From: a virus
Taxonomy: Duplodnaviria > Caudoviricetes
DNA length: 32,038 nucleotides
Reading direction: 5' to 3' (one strand)
Virus record (IMG/VR): IMGVR_UViG_3300046786_000521
Coordinates: 1 to 32,038 of that record
A program made the translations under genes and the position numbers. Shown here piece by piece: positions 16,693 to 27,174 of the stretch. Position 1 is the first letter of the stretch, and the number at the start of each line of letters is the position of its first letter. Under the pieces are notes generated by a model, which had not been told where the DNA came from, made no database searches, and saw only the letters and a list, made by a program, of their open reading frames with translations.

Positions 16693-18540
16693 TTAAGATA
16701 ATGGTAGTGGAGATGGTGTTTCTATTGGTTCTTCAGTTTCTTCAGGGATAGCAGGCATATACTTTTTAGGATCAATGGTATAACTGCTTTGTGCTAATGT
16801 TACTTGTGCAAATTTAGCCATTATTTTCTTTTGCTCTGCCAATGGTAAGTCAGTGAATTCTTCATTCTCGGCAATGGCACTTTTAACAAACTGCACCAAG
16901 TTACACCAAATCACAAAGTCCAATTTATCAATACCGCCATTTTGCAATCCTGCATTGATTTCATCTATGCTCTTGCCCGGAAATGGATCTAAATTCATAG
17001 TACAAACCAATTCATCTGCAACCTCATCATCACTGCTGAAATACTTACGTGCGATATCCAATTCCATTTGAGTGATAATAGTTGCATTGATTTTAGAATC
17101 ACGTGCAATCTTTAATTCTTCAAATGATGATTTAGTACTTAACAAATCGTACTTTTCAGGAACTGCAATATCAGGACACAATTCTTCACGCATCATAGGA
17201 TCAGGAACCGCTTGGAAGTAACGATAATCTGCAATAAATCCATAGATTTTATCCAAAATAGCAACAATATCCTCCGCAATTGCGTGTACAAAATTGTTTA
17301 ATTCGTCCTTGTCAATTTCCTTTGCTACTCCTGACTGATTTAATGGTGCTTCGGCAAGGAATTCCATATTGATGGCAGATAGGGCATAATAGGCTTGTTC
17401 TTTGATAATCTCGTTCAAAGTCCTTGTCATTTCAGCCACATCCGTTTTTTGGATATATCCTGCAGGAGGACCTGAAGGTAATGGTGCTTCACCTGCGTTT
17501 TGGTTGGTAGGTGTAACAATCACCAAATTCTCATAAGGTGATGTCATTACTTTTTGCTTACCATTACACGTAGGACATATCACGGTACCTGTTGCGCCAT
17601 TTCCAATAATGCTTCCTGTACCATTACAATGTGTACAATCTTGCGTAGCCAAAATCCAACGCGTTGAATGTACGTGCTGAACAATCTCGGCTTTGAAATC
17701 ACTCCATAAGGTAGCAAATTCATTTAAACGTGGAACGATGGAAGAAATACGACTTTCAAAAATAAAATGTGTATCTAATGCTTGGCGGAAAATACCTTGA
17801 AATTGGAACACAGGCAACTTATTCAAGTTGTGGATGTATTCTAAATCCAATACTAATACTACCTTCTTTTCTGCCTCGCTATATGCTTCCTTGTAACGCA
17901 AAATGCGTATTTTGTCAAAGATGTAGAATACCTTTCCTTGCTTGGTGATGCTATTCACTTGATAAGGAATCGTATCTTGCGATTCTACAATGGCATATTC
18001 ATCAATGCAGAAATCAATTACGTGGTTTGAATTGAAGATTAATGGATATGGCTTTAATAATTCAGTAGGTGCCACATTTGTGTTTAATGGCATAACTGCT
18101 ACCAATCCGTTAGGATCAATCAAATAGTTCTTTAACCCTACGTTAAACATCCAATTGGTGATGCTCGTAAAGAATGGGAAATGTTCCTCGCAATAATCAT
18201 ACATTGATTCACCAACAGGGATAGTTCCGATTGTTTTTTCTACCTCGTTTTCATACTTAATAGACCAATCAGGACTTCTGCGAATCTTATATAGCGATGA
18301 AATAATTTTATTTACTATCGGCTTTGTATGTGGCTGATAGGTTTTCTTGCGATATTCCTTTATCTCTCGGCTTTCGCTTGGACGCAATTCATCAATCAAC
18401 TCTTTAGGATATTCTCCATTTGCGTGGATGCGCAGTGAACGATAGATTTCATTCGCTATCACATAGGCAGGATGCTTTTGGTGATGCGAATAATAGTTAG
18501 CCAATAATTCGATTGGATCAGAAGAAGGAAGAAGTGCCAT
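16693..18540 (-). CDS. Portal protein with a zinc-finger insertion
   Basis: 615 aa upstream of MuF; QSGVAKEID motif (portal SG.A pattern); CxxCxGxG..CxxCxG insert. Confidence 0.75.
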   Translation of the reverse strand: MALLPSSDPIELLANYYSHHQKHPAYVIANEIYRSLRIHANGEYPKELIDELRPSESREIKEYRKKTYQPHTKPIVNKIISSLYKIRRSPDWSIKYENEVEKTIGTIPVGESMYDYCEEHFPFFTSITNWMFNVGLKNYLIDPNGLVAVMPLNTNVAPTELLKPYPLIFNSNHVIDFCIDEYAIVESQDTIPYQVNSITKQGKVFYIFDKIRILRYKEAYSEAEKKVVLVLDLEYIHNLNKLPVFQFQGIFRQALDTHFIFESRISSIVPRLNEFATLWSDFKAEIVQHVHSTRWILATQDCTHCNGTGSIIGNGATGTVICPTCNGKQKVMTSPYENLVIVTPTNQNAGEAPLPSGPPAGYIQKTDVAEMTRTLNEIIKEQAYYALSAINMEFLAEAPLNQSGVAKEIDKDELNNFVHAIAEDIVAILDKIYGFIADYRYFQAVPDPMMREELCPDIAVPEKYDLLSTKSSFEELKIARDSKINATIITQMELDIARKYFSSDDEVADELVCTMNLDPFPGKSIDEINAGLQNGGIDKLDFVIWCNLVQFVKSAIAENEEFTDLPLAEQKKIMAKFAQVTLAQSSYTIDPKKYMPAIPEETEEPIETPSPLPLS

Positions 18541-18542
18541 TG

Positions 18543-19427
18543 TTATTCTTTGGTACGTTCAGTTAGATAAGTGCGTTTGTCGGTGAAGTTCGTTATTTGG
18601 AATGGGATTGATTTCAATCCTAATTCGTTAAACGCTCTTTTGACTACTGCATTGTATTGCTTCTTTGAGGATTCGTCAACATACGCTCCTCCGATTGATA
18701 AAGTAAGATAAAGTTCGGCTATTTGATGCAAAAGTAGGTCTTTTTTTTCACGTGGGTACCAAAATGTAGGTAGGTAATTGTCAATTGCAGGATAAAACTG
18801 CAAAATGCTCATTGCTACTGCATACGCATATTCATCAGGATAAGCACCTGCAAATTCTTTTGGTTTAACTTTCGGCTTGGTATATACTTCACGTATCTTT
18901 TCAAAAAGTGTACGTATATTATCCGTACGCTTGAAGAATATGAATTCCGAATGAATCTTATAGAATCGCTCATCCGTAAATTCATAGCCACTACGCACAT
19001 CCAACATATCCGACCAATTCTCTGCTTGTGGGAAGATGATATTATCGAATCGAACATAGCCACTATTTTCAATCACATATTCGTGCTGTTCTAATTCTTC
19101 GAATATTTGTGAAGGTGTTTTCTTCCAAAGCCATACTTGGTCCACATCTAAAAACAATGTTTCATCGTATGGTGTTAATTGATCAAGATGCGCCTTTGTT
19201 TTGATGTAGGCTTTATTGTTCTTTCCTAATGTATAATACTTTTTTGGAATCTCTACAAAGTCATTGAAAAGTGCCTTTTCTTCCTCACTGATATGTGTAA
19301 CCGCGCTTTCAGTATATGCCAAGCAGATATTAATATCCTTGTCAACTAAACGGATGGATGAAGCCAAATTGACTGCCATCCTTCCGTAGTTTCTATGTCC
19401 ACAAGCGATTAGTAAGATACCTTTCAT
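18543..19427 (-). CDS. GT-A fold glycosyltransferase (GT8-like)
   Basis: Y...A.NLASSIR, TPYDETLFLDVD (DxD motif), PDEYA. Confidence 0.75.
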   Translation of the reverse strand: MKGILLIACGHRNYGRMAVNLASSIRLVDKDINICLAYTESAVTHISEEEKALFNDFVEIPKKYYTLGKNNKAYIKTKAHLDQLTPYDETLFLDVDQVWLWKKTPSQIFEELEQHEYVIENSGYVRFDNIIFPQAENWSDMLDVRSGYEFTDERFYKIHSEFIFFKRTDNIRTLFEKIREVYTKPKVKPKEFAGAYPDEYAYAVAMSILQFYPAIDNYLPTFWYPREKKDLLLHQIAELYLTLSIGGAYVDESSKKQYNAVVKRAFNELGLKSIPFQITNFTDKRTYLTERTKE

Positions 19428-19436
19428 AGTGTAAAT

Positions 19437-21050
19437 TTAGCAATTTGTATTGACACTGCACGTATTAATTGTCTTGTTTACCTTCACCGTTCCTTTGGCT
19501 AATGGGTATGGCTTGGTTTTGCTTTCCCAATTGATAGTGTAGTTATTTTGCGCTGTAATTTGGTCATTGATACCCATATTCCCTAACGCAATAACTGTAT
19601 CGTGTGCTAATGCTATCTTCAATGCTTTGTGTGTTCTTGCTTCCAACCAATCCGTTGTCAAGGTCCATTCTTCTTGAATACGCTCGGATAGTTTAACCCA
19701 CGTACCATCTGACTTTTGATAACCTGTACTTGTGGATGGATATTGCACATCTCTGAAGTACATTGGTAGGCGAATGCTTTGGATATAGTTAGCATCCTGC
19801 GAATAATAGAAGCATAATTCGTCATTGTTTGAACGGAAGCGTAATGCAGTAGTATAACACTCATCATTAATCCATTCAAAGCACCCATCCATACATCCTA
19901 AAATCGTATCTACCCATTCACCACCACCACCTTCTGCAGGTTCACGTTTGCATAAGCATATCTTGAAACAATCACCAATTGCGTGATTTGTTTGTACATA
20001 ATTCCATAATCCTGCCCAATCAATATAATCATTTACATAAATTTCAGTTCCCGGAACCGCTATCCACGTATCTAATTTAGCAACGGAATTAGCAAAATCA
20101 GGTGCAGTTGCAATATCAGTTGGAATCGTGCAATCATCACAAGGTGCTAAATATAATTGTGTTCCGTGTGAAATACCATCTCCTAAAATTGGTGTAGGGA
20201 AATTACCATATTGCCCACCAATTGAAACATCCACATACATTTGGAATTGCACATCATCCATTTCTAATACAGGCAAACAAGCAGTTTTATCATAGGCGCA
20301 AGTAGGTGTTACCTGCCCTTGCCCAAATGTTACAAATGAATGCTCGCTTACATTAATAGTCGGTAAATCAAAGTTGCTTGAACCAAACAAAGCATACATA
20401 TCCGCATATCCAACCAAACTAAGCGAAGGACAATAATATCTTGCACGATAACGCTTACCCACTCCTGCTTCACTGATTGGGATGGTGATGCTTACCGAAG
20501 CAGTATAACCGCCCGGTGAAGATTGTGTATTAGCAGGACATACCACGCTGTTTAAATTAGTCCATACGCCATTAACTTCTTCCCATACGCTGATACTTGT
20601 TTGATAAGGTAGCAATAAATCGCCATCAAATTGCAAAGTACAGGTGCAACTTGTGCCTGAAGATGCTGTCTGCGTTAGATTCACACGCGGAATCGCATAA
20701 TAATTCTTAACTGTGCTACCTGAAACGCAACTTGCATCCAAATAACAGCCATAAACGTGACATTTAGGTACTGCATAGGCTCCATACGGATAAATTGCAT
20801 CCGTTTCCCAATCCTTTTGTTGCCAAATGGCATTCCCTGCTCCACCCCAATGGTTATTTTGTGTCACAGGGCCTCCAACGGTAATTGTACCTGTATGTCC
20901 TGTGTTTACACAAGAAATAGTGTTTGCCGTACCATCAATCGTAGCATATTGAACGGTGTATTCCTTATTGGATGAAGTGGAACAAGATGCTCCAACAGGC
21001 ACTCCAAATCCAAATATTGCTCTTGATTTACGTTGTAATATGAATGTCAT
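19437..21050 (-). CDS. Minor tail / tail-tip protein, Cys-rich
   Basis: Beta-rich, in the tail operon, 22 Cys in 537 aa. Confidence 0.55.
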   Translation of the reverse strand: MTFILQRKSRAIFGFGVPVGASCSTSSNKEYTVQYATIDGTANTISCVNTGHTGTITVGGPVTQNNHWGGAGNAIWQQKDWETDAIYPYGAYAVPKCHVYGCYLDASCVSGSTVKNYYAIPRVNLTQTASSGTSCTCTLQFDGDLLLPYQTSISVWEEVNGVWTNLNSVVCPANTQSSPGGYTASVSITIPISEAGVGKRYRARYYCPSLSLVGYADMYALFGSSNFDLPTINVSEHSFVTFGQGQVTPTCAYDKTACLPVLEMDDVQFQMYVDVSIGGQYGNFPTPILGDGISHGTQLYLAPCDDCTIPTDIATAPDFANSVAKLDTWIAVPGTEIYVNDYIDWAGLWNYVQTNHAIGDCFKICLCKREPAEGGGGEWVDTILGCMDGCFEWINDECYTTALRFRSNNDELCFYYSQDANYIQSIRLPMYFRDVQYPSTSTGYQKSDGTWVKLSERIQEEWTLTTDWLEARTHKALKIALAHDTVIALGNMGINDQITAQNNYTINWESKTKPYPLAKGTVKVNKTINTCSVNTNC

Positions 21051-21053
21051 CGT

Positions 21054-23405
21054 TTAAAAATTTGCGGATAATAGTGTAAAGTTAGCAATTCCCTGATTTG
21101 GTTTATACTCAATGTTGAGAATATACCCGTACTGATACAAATTAGTGCTTGTACTATACTTAATATACCCGTAAGGGTTGGTTTTTATGAGATTATATTG
21201 ACTCATAGACATTGGATAGTCAAATTGGATTTGTTCAGGCTTCCATAATGGAACAGCAATATTAGGATCCGTAAACATTGAACTCTCCAACGCATCATTC
21301 TCGATCAATACCTGTCCATCCGTTGAACACGCTTGTGTATATTGCCCACCTGCAAAGTAGTTACCTGTTCCGTTGGCGAATATTAATTTGCTTGTCAATG
21401 GATTCTTTAATCCTGCAAACCACGTTTTCAACCATCTCGTTGCGTTACGAATTGGACTAATCGCAAAGTTATATACTGTGTTCGGGTCAACAATATTCAC
21501 ATCGCCTGATATTTGCCCTTGCTCCACCACAATATCCCCTGAATATCGCTTCATACAAATAACAAAGATGTCATTGTCTAATCGCCAATCGCTCGTTGTT
21601 AAATGCCCTTTTCTGCGTGTTACTTCCAACGCATATCCTGATGCGATAAAGTTACACACTCGGCTGTCTTTGTTCCGCGTTTGGCTCCATTCCGTGCGAT
21701 ATTCACGCTTGGAAAGGAATTCATCTATTCCTGTGATATCTTCACTCTCATATTTGGCATATCCTCCTTCAATCTCACTATACATTCGGGTAGGCAATAC
21801 CGACCTTGTAATGTTGAACACATTATCGCAAGTCATTATTGGCGTAGTCGAATCGTAGAAATGCTCAACAGGCTCAATGCGGATAATTTTCTCATGCCCA
21901 CCTCCATAGTTGTCATCCTCCAAACCTATCCCGATATTGTGGATGCAGTTAAACCCTGTAAACAAATCTTTGAAGGAGATATTCAATTTTGGCGTGTTAC
22001 CTGATACCAATTGCTCGCGAATTAGTAAACCTGTAGTGATGCTTTCTAAACTACCACAGCCATCAGTTAACGCTTTATAAGGTTGGCTATCCGTTCTTCC
22101 AAAATAATCCGAATAAACGCTCATTTTGTTGTCCGTGATCGCTTCAGTAGTACGCGCAAATGCTTCGTTCACTAAAAACGTGTCCGTGTTTGTTGTCGGC
22201 TTGTAAAGAATGGAATTAATGTTGAAATAACTATCAGATGACTTTTTGAACGATTGCGCCCAATATAAATCTTCCTTACTTAATAATTGACGATGGTATT
22301 GTCCTTCTTGCTTTACACGCAAATAAACAGCCACTACATCGCCATTGCTTAATGTAGCAGTAGTTGTATAACTATCATCAATATTAATATTGAATACTTG
22401 CGGATTGTTTTCATCAAATATGTTCAAATATTCTTGGCCCGGAGGAGCACCATTATAAGCAGGATTACATTCCATTGAGAATGCAGAACCTGCAGTTTTT
22501 GGTGCGCCTGTTATGGCTGATGAATAACTGCCTATAATTGTTTCAACATAGTTAATCGCCAATATTACATCTACCCAAATGTATGTAAATCCACCACCTG
22601 TACCTGCTGAATTTCCGGGTACTTCTGCAACAGGTGATCTTGCACCTGCTAATACAATACCTTTAACACGGAAGTCAATATCATATTGCCCATCATCTTC
22701 TATGATCATTGTGGACATACTACCATTGGTAAAATCCCACATATCTACCGCCTGCCAATTCTTTACTTCATCATTCTGCGCATTCTCGTAGTCCAAATCC
22801 CAATATATCGTTACATCATTTGTTTGAACACCCGTACCTGCACTAATATCATTCTTGCGATAGACACACGCTTGTGGAATGTACAAATCATTCTCCATAT
22901 AACGCAATGTGCGCTTATATAGTCCTTTTGATGGCAGATAAATGTTCTTTGGAAGATTCGTATAGGTTGTAAGTGCCGTGCCATCTAATGATTCCGTAGT
23001 GGCTAAATCCACAGCAGTATCTATACGATTGCGGAATGTTGTAACTACATCTTGTTGCTCCGTGCGAATAGACACACTACACAAATCGCTGATTGTTTCC
23101 TTATAGGTATCGAAAATTAATTTACCTGTATAGAACGTATCGTAGTTATCATCATCGCAGGAACCCTGAACCACTATATTCACATTTGCCTCTACACCAT
23201 ACCCATTATACGCATCACGCAAGATGCTCATACCTTCCTTATAGAATGTCAGTTCATTGCCTGTGAATTCAAAGAATATGCCGTGCATTTCTTCATCTCT
23301 GCGAATGTTTAACGAGATATTCTCCCATCCTTGTGGTTCGGTTACTTCCGTTTCCACTCCGTTAGGATCGTAGGTAAAATCTATTAATTTGAACTTCCAA
23401 TTCAT
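21054..23405 (-). CDS. Tail-tip / hub protein
   Basis: Directly after the tape measure; EPQGW..I.R..HG N-terminus, IRIEP..HFY. Confidence 0.6.
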   Translation of the reverse strand: MNWKFKLIDFTYDPNGVETEVTEPQGWENISLNIRRDEEMHGIFFEFTGNELTFYKEGMSILRDAYNGYGVEANVNIVVQGSCDDDNYDTFYTGKLIFDTYKETISDLCSVSIRTEQQDVVTTFRNRIDTAVDLATTESLDGTALTTYTNLPKNIYLPSKGLYKRTLRYMENDLYIPQACVYRKNDISAGTGVQTNDVTIYWDLDYENAQNDEVKNWQAVDMWDFTNGSMSTMIIEDDGQYDIDFRVKGIVLAGARSPVAEVPGNSAGTGGGFTYIWVDVILAINYVETIIGSYSSAITGAPKTAGSAFSMECNPAYNGAPPGQEYLNIFDENNPQVFNINIDDSYTTTATLSNGDVVAVYLRVKQEGQYHRQLLSKEDLYWAQSFKKSSDSYFNINSILYKPTTNTDTFLVNEAFARTTEAITDNKMSVYSDYFGRTDSQPYKALTDGCGSLESITTGLLIREQLVSGNTPKLNISFKDLFTGFNCIHNIGIGLEDDNYGGGHEKIIRIEPVEHFYDSTTPIMTCDNVFNITRSVLPTRMYSEIEGGYAKYESEDITGIDEFLSKREYRTEWSQTRNKDSRVCNFIASGYALEVTRRKGHLTTSDWRLDNDIFVICMKRYSGDIVVEQGQISGDVNIVDPNTVYNFAISPIRNATRWLKTWFAGLKNPLTSKLIFANGTGNYFAGGQYTQACSTDGQVLIENDALESSMFTDPNIAVPLWKPEQIQFDYPMSMSQYNLIKTNPYGYIKYSTSTNLYQYGYILNIEYKPNQGIANFTLLSANF

Positions 23406-23407
23406 TG

Positions 23408-25867
23408 TTATAGTTTATATCGGTTATCAATCACTCTGCGCTCACTGATGCCATTCATAATACGCGTTTCAAATCCTTTCTCATCAATGTTAACGCTTAC
23501 CTTTTGGCTATTCTTCAATTCCTCTCCTAAAGTACGCGCTAATTTCTTGTAATCAATATCCAATTTAGCAGATATATTTTGCTTAGTTACCGCATTCATA
23601 TTACGCAAGTTCATTGCAGGGATATTTGTCTTCAACAAAGCCTCCGTTAAATTGTTAGGAAGAATGATGCTATCAGCCTTCACGTGATCCAAAGTAGCAC
23701 GATTATACATCTTCATACTTCCATCACTATCTAATCGTAATTCGCGACCTGCTTCTCCAATGATCGCCATTCCTTCATAACCATCTAAGTTCTTACCTTT
23801 CGCGAACTTTGGAACAGGTTGTGAATCTATCACACGTACTTGTGTAGCAGTAGAAATAATAGAAGCGGCAGTCAAAATACCTGCTAATACAGGATTTGTA
23901 CCTCCATAAGATGCCCAAATATTAGTAATTGCTAATGCTCCATTAATAATGGCTTGTTTCTTCTTTGCATCTTGTTCTGCTTCCCACGCTTTCTTTTTTG
24001 CATCTGCTTCTAACTTATCATACTTGGTTTGAATTGCTAATTTCTGCGCTTCAGTTAAATTCTTATTCTTTAATTCATTTTCTTTTTGTGATTCTAACCT
24101 ATCTATATCCGCATCCAACTTTGCATCTCTATTTGCTTTATCAATCTCAAATTCTGCATTAGCAATTGTTTGAATCGAAGCAATAGCTTGGTCTTTAGCC
24201 GCTTGGCGATTTGCCTTTTCCATTTCTTGCTTACGAAGAATTGAATTGGCTAATGCTTGTTCATTGTCAGCATATACTTCTTGCATAAAATCAGCAAATT
24301 CTTTCTCAGCATCTTTATTTGCTTGTATCTTATCTCCTTCCAACTTTATTTGCTTCTTAATCCACTCAGATGTTTGCTTACTTAAATCATCTTGCGTCTT
24401 TTCAGTATTATCTGAAATTGTTTTATTTGCTTCAGCATTACTAAGTTTTAACTTGCCAAAATATTCTTCAGTTGAACCATTGGCTAATGCTAATTTATAC
24501 TGAGCATAAGCAGTTTGTGCCTCAATCAATTTGTTTTGTGTATCTTGATATTCTTTGCTTCCTTCCTTCATAGTAGTAAGCATTGTTTGATACATCAACA
24601 CATCCTTTTCATAGAAATCGTTTAATTCTTGTAATCTTTGTTCATTATCACGTTCTAATTGTTTCTTAGCATCTGCCTTTGCTTTATCACTAATATTCTT
24701 TCTAACACCTTCAATCTCTACTAATTTCTTATTATAATCTTCGCTTCCCTTTTCAAGAATACTTAATTCATCTTGCAAATATTTTAACTTGATAGCATTT
24801 ACATTTTTGCCCTGTGCTTCTGCTATATCAATTTGCAACTTTCTATCTTCAAGTCCTTTTTTAATCTTTAATTCTCTATCCTTTTCAGCATATCCTTCAT
24901 TGTAAGCAGTTGCAATATTTGCTCCAAAATTCTTAGCATCTTGAATCAATCCACTAATATCACCTGTGAATATATCGCCTAATATCTTTCCTAATCCTTT
25001 AAATCCTGCAACTACTGCATCAATCGCACCTGATGCAACTTGTCTAAAATTAGCAAAGAAATTAGTAACTGCTTGTAATTGAGGAAATGACTTATTAAGC
25101 CACCCAACAAATTCCTTCCAATTAGCCACTAACGCTCCGATTGCTAATACGATCAATCCAATACCTGTACTTGCTAATGCAATGCGGAATATCTTTAACG
25201 CTCCTGTGCTTTCTCCAACAACAAATGAATAGGCTTTTGTAGCATTAGTATTCAAAACTGTTGCTAAGTAACTATCCTTTAAATATGTTTCGTGTAATTG
25301 CTGAATACCATTAGAAATAGCCATCGCCGCGTTTACCTTTAACAATGCTTTCTCTACTTCCTTATTCTCCTTTCCAAATAATGCTGATGCACCTTGTACA
25401 ACGGAATAAGCAGATGCCATTGCACCTATTGCTTGGCTTACCGCCTTGATATATTTTGAATCATCCCCTAAAACACGAATACGATTGGATGTATCTCCGA
25501 TTTGATCGCTTAAATGACCTGCTCGTTCTGCCATTCGATTGAATTCTGCAGTGTTTGCCTTACCTGCATCCTCCATCTCTTGCAACTTATTCTTCAAATC
25601 GCGCAATTCAGCCTTCATTGATTGCTGTTTGCTTACGTTCTCCGTTATTGCTTGGCTATTTTCCTTGATGGATGTAGTTGCCTCATCAAATCCTTGTGAT
25701 ATAACATTCATCGGCATATTTTTTGCCGACTGACTTAATTTATCAATAGAGGAAGATGCTTCATTCGCACCTGTTGACAATTGCTCTAATCCTGAATTTT
25801 TTAATTGCCCTAATTTATCCTGCAACGGACCTAAATCGGCATCAAATTGTATCGTAACCTTCTCCAT
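23408..25867 (-). CDS. Tape measure protein
   Basis: 819 aa helical; ALASTGIGLIVLAIGALV hydrophobic block, coiled coils, PKFAKG..IIGEAGRE. Confidence 0.85.
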   Translation of the reverse strand: MEKVTIQFDADLGPLQDKLGQLKNSGLEQLSTGANEASSSIDKLSQSAKNMPMNVISQGFDEATTSIKENSQAITENVSKQQSMKAELRDLKNKLQEMEDAGKANTAEFNRMAERAGHLSDQIGDTSNRIRVLGDDSKYIKAVSQAIGAMASAYSVVQGASALFGKENKEVEKALLKVNAAMAISNGIQQLHETYLKDSYLATVLNTNATKAYSFVVGESTGALKIFRIALASTGIGLIVLAIGALVANWKEFVGWLNKSFPQLQAVTNFFANFRQVASGAIDAVVAGFKGLGKILGDIFTGDISGLIQDAKNFGANIATAYNEGYAEKDRELKIKKGLEDRKLQIDIAEAQGKNVNAIKLKYLQDELSILEKGSEDYNKKLVEIEGVRKNISDKAKADAKKQLERDNEQRLQELNDFYEKDVLMYQTMLTTMKEGSKEYQDTQNKLIEAQTAYAQYKLALANGSTEEYFGKLKLSNAEANKTISDNTEKTQDDLSKQTSEWIKKQIKLEGDKIQANKDAEKEFADFMQEVYADNEQALANSILRKQEMEKANRQAAKDQAIASIQTIANAEFEIDKANRDAKLDADIDRLESQKENELKNKNLTEAQKLAIQTKYDKLEADAKKKAWEAEQDAKKKQAIINGALAITNIWASYGGTNPVLAGILTAASIISTATQVRVIDSQPVPKFAKGKNLDGYEGMAIIGEAGRELRLDSDGSMKMYNRATLDHVKADSIILPNNLTEALLKTNIPAMNLRNMNAVTKQNISAKLDIDYKKLARTLGEELKNSQKVSVNIDEKGFETRIMNGISERRVIDNRYKL

Positions 25868-26647
25868 TATTGGAAGATTGTTTTGATTGATTTTGTGCTG
25901 TTATTATTACATCATTCCATTTGAAGTAATAATCGTCTATGGTAGTCCAATCGTGCAGTTCAGGACAATGTTTGGCTAAGGTTGTTATTGCTCTACGGAC
26001 TTCGTCTTCTGTTCGGATGACAAGTGCGAAAAAACTAACTGCGAGTTCTTCGCTAATTCCTCCGCTTGAATCGTCATCTCCATAATCTTCTGAAAATACT
26101 GTTGGGTATCTCCTGCGGATTGTTTCAAAAAGGGAACTAATTCCTGCACTTGCATTTGCAAAAAAAAATCATACATTGATGCGTTTTTCTTCCAAAATTC
26201 AATCTTTTTTTGATTATATCCGTGTTCGTAGTGCGTTGGACTTTCTGATTTGTCAAAGAATACCACACTCGCCAACTTATATATTAAGTCAGCGTCCGTG
26301 ATCATTGCCACGCGCTCCTTTAGGTTAATATCCAATTGTGCGGACTGATTCAACAAAGCAATGGTCTTATTCAGGTCCAACTTGTTGTTCTTTACGCTCA
26401 TTGAATCAATAATCTTCTGCCCTATGTTGGCTTTTGCATCACAAAAAGACATCAAGAAATCCCTATCGCAATTCATCTGCATTTCTCTAAAGAACGTAAT
26501 GGCTGTTAATCCTCTTTGGTAAGGTAGGTTAAATACATCATCGAATTGGTAGTATTCCACTCCACCACATACAAATGCTTTCTTAATCCTGAACTTGGAA
26601 GTAGGAACGGAAGCAAAGCGTAGTTTAAGTTTCTCAATAAAGTTCAT
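25842..26647 (-). CDS. Tail assembly chaperone, -1 frameshifted long form (about 268 aa)
   Basis: T9 run at 26168-26160; the -1 frame opens right after a TGA and runs 108 sense codons to the TGA at 25844-25842. Confidence 0.75.
25985..26647 (-). CDS. Tail assembly chaperone, short form
   Basis: Upstream of the tape measure; YDFFL slippery site. Confidence 0.7.
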   Translation of the reverse strand: MNFIEKLKLRFASVPTSKFRIKKAFVCGGVEYYQFDDVFNLPYQRGLTAITFFREMQMNCDRDFLMSFCDAKANIGQKIIDSMSVKNNKLDLNKTIALLNQSAQLDINLKERVAMITDADLIYKLASVVFFDKSESPTHYEHGYNQKKIEFWKKNASMYDFFLQMQVQELVPFLKQSAGDTQQYFQKIMEMTIQAEELAKNSQLVFSHLSSEQKTKSVEQ

Positions 26648-26650
26648 CGG

Positions 26651-26902
26651 TTATGGCGTTAGTTTTGTCAAAGATACATCAAATATTTCATTATTACCAC
26701 TCAAGGACCTTCTTCCGAATTTGTCATAATATGCCCACGCTTTCTTGGTTGGGTAAATCTTTAAAACGGATTTTGGTAGTTCAGGATGTTTATATCTACG
26801 TTCAAGATATCCCGGACAATAACACGAATGGAAATGCGTCCAACCCATTGTGAGCGCAAAATTGTGCATCTGCTCCCCTGTTTGTAGGTTAGAATTGATC
26901 AT
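26651..26902 (-). CDS. Hypothetical protein (83 aa) with a CxC motif
   Basis: Start reassigned to the ATG at 26902; HSCYCPG. Confidence 0.6.
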   Translation of the reverse strand: MINSNLQTGEQMHNFALTMGWTHFHSCYCPGYLERRYKHPELPKSVLKIYPTKKAWAYYDKFGRRSLSGNNEIFDVSLTKLTP

Positions 26903-27173
26903 AGGTTTTGTTAATAAGTCCGTTGAGAATTGCATTGCATCCAATGACGCAAGGGAAATAAAGCACGTTTGTGTAATCATTGGTAATGAAGATTAACCCT
27001 GTTGCACCCCAAAAACCACCCATACATACCAAACAATCGAATAATGGACTGCTCACGTAATGTGGTAGCATTGAACGGAATATGTTGCCGATACATCCTA
27101 AAAGGAAGCCATCGCGGAATACCATATTAACCCCTGTGCAAAATAGCGAGATGGTGATTATTGCTTGTAACAT
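26889..27173 (-). CDS. Membrane protein with CxxC (DUF1360-like)
   Basis: About three hydrophobic segments; LFDCLVCMGGFW. Confidence 0.65.
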   Translation of the reverse strand: MLQAIITISLFCTGVNMVFRDGFLLGCIGNIFRSMLPHYVSSPLFDCLVCMGGFWGATGLIFITNDYTNVLYFPCVIGCNAILNGLINKTYDQF

Positions 27174-27174
27174 A

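Noticed and set aside
21373-22004. Plus-strand ORFs of 161 and 107 aa
   Set aside because: Antisense to a coherent tail gene with no recognisable features
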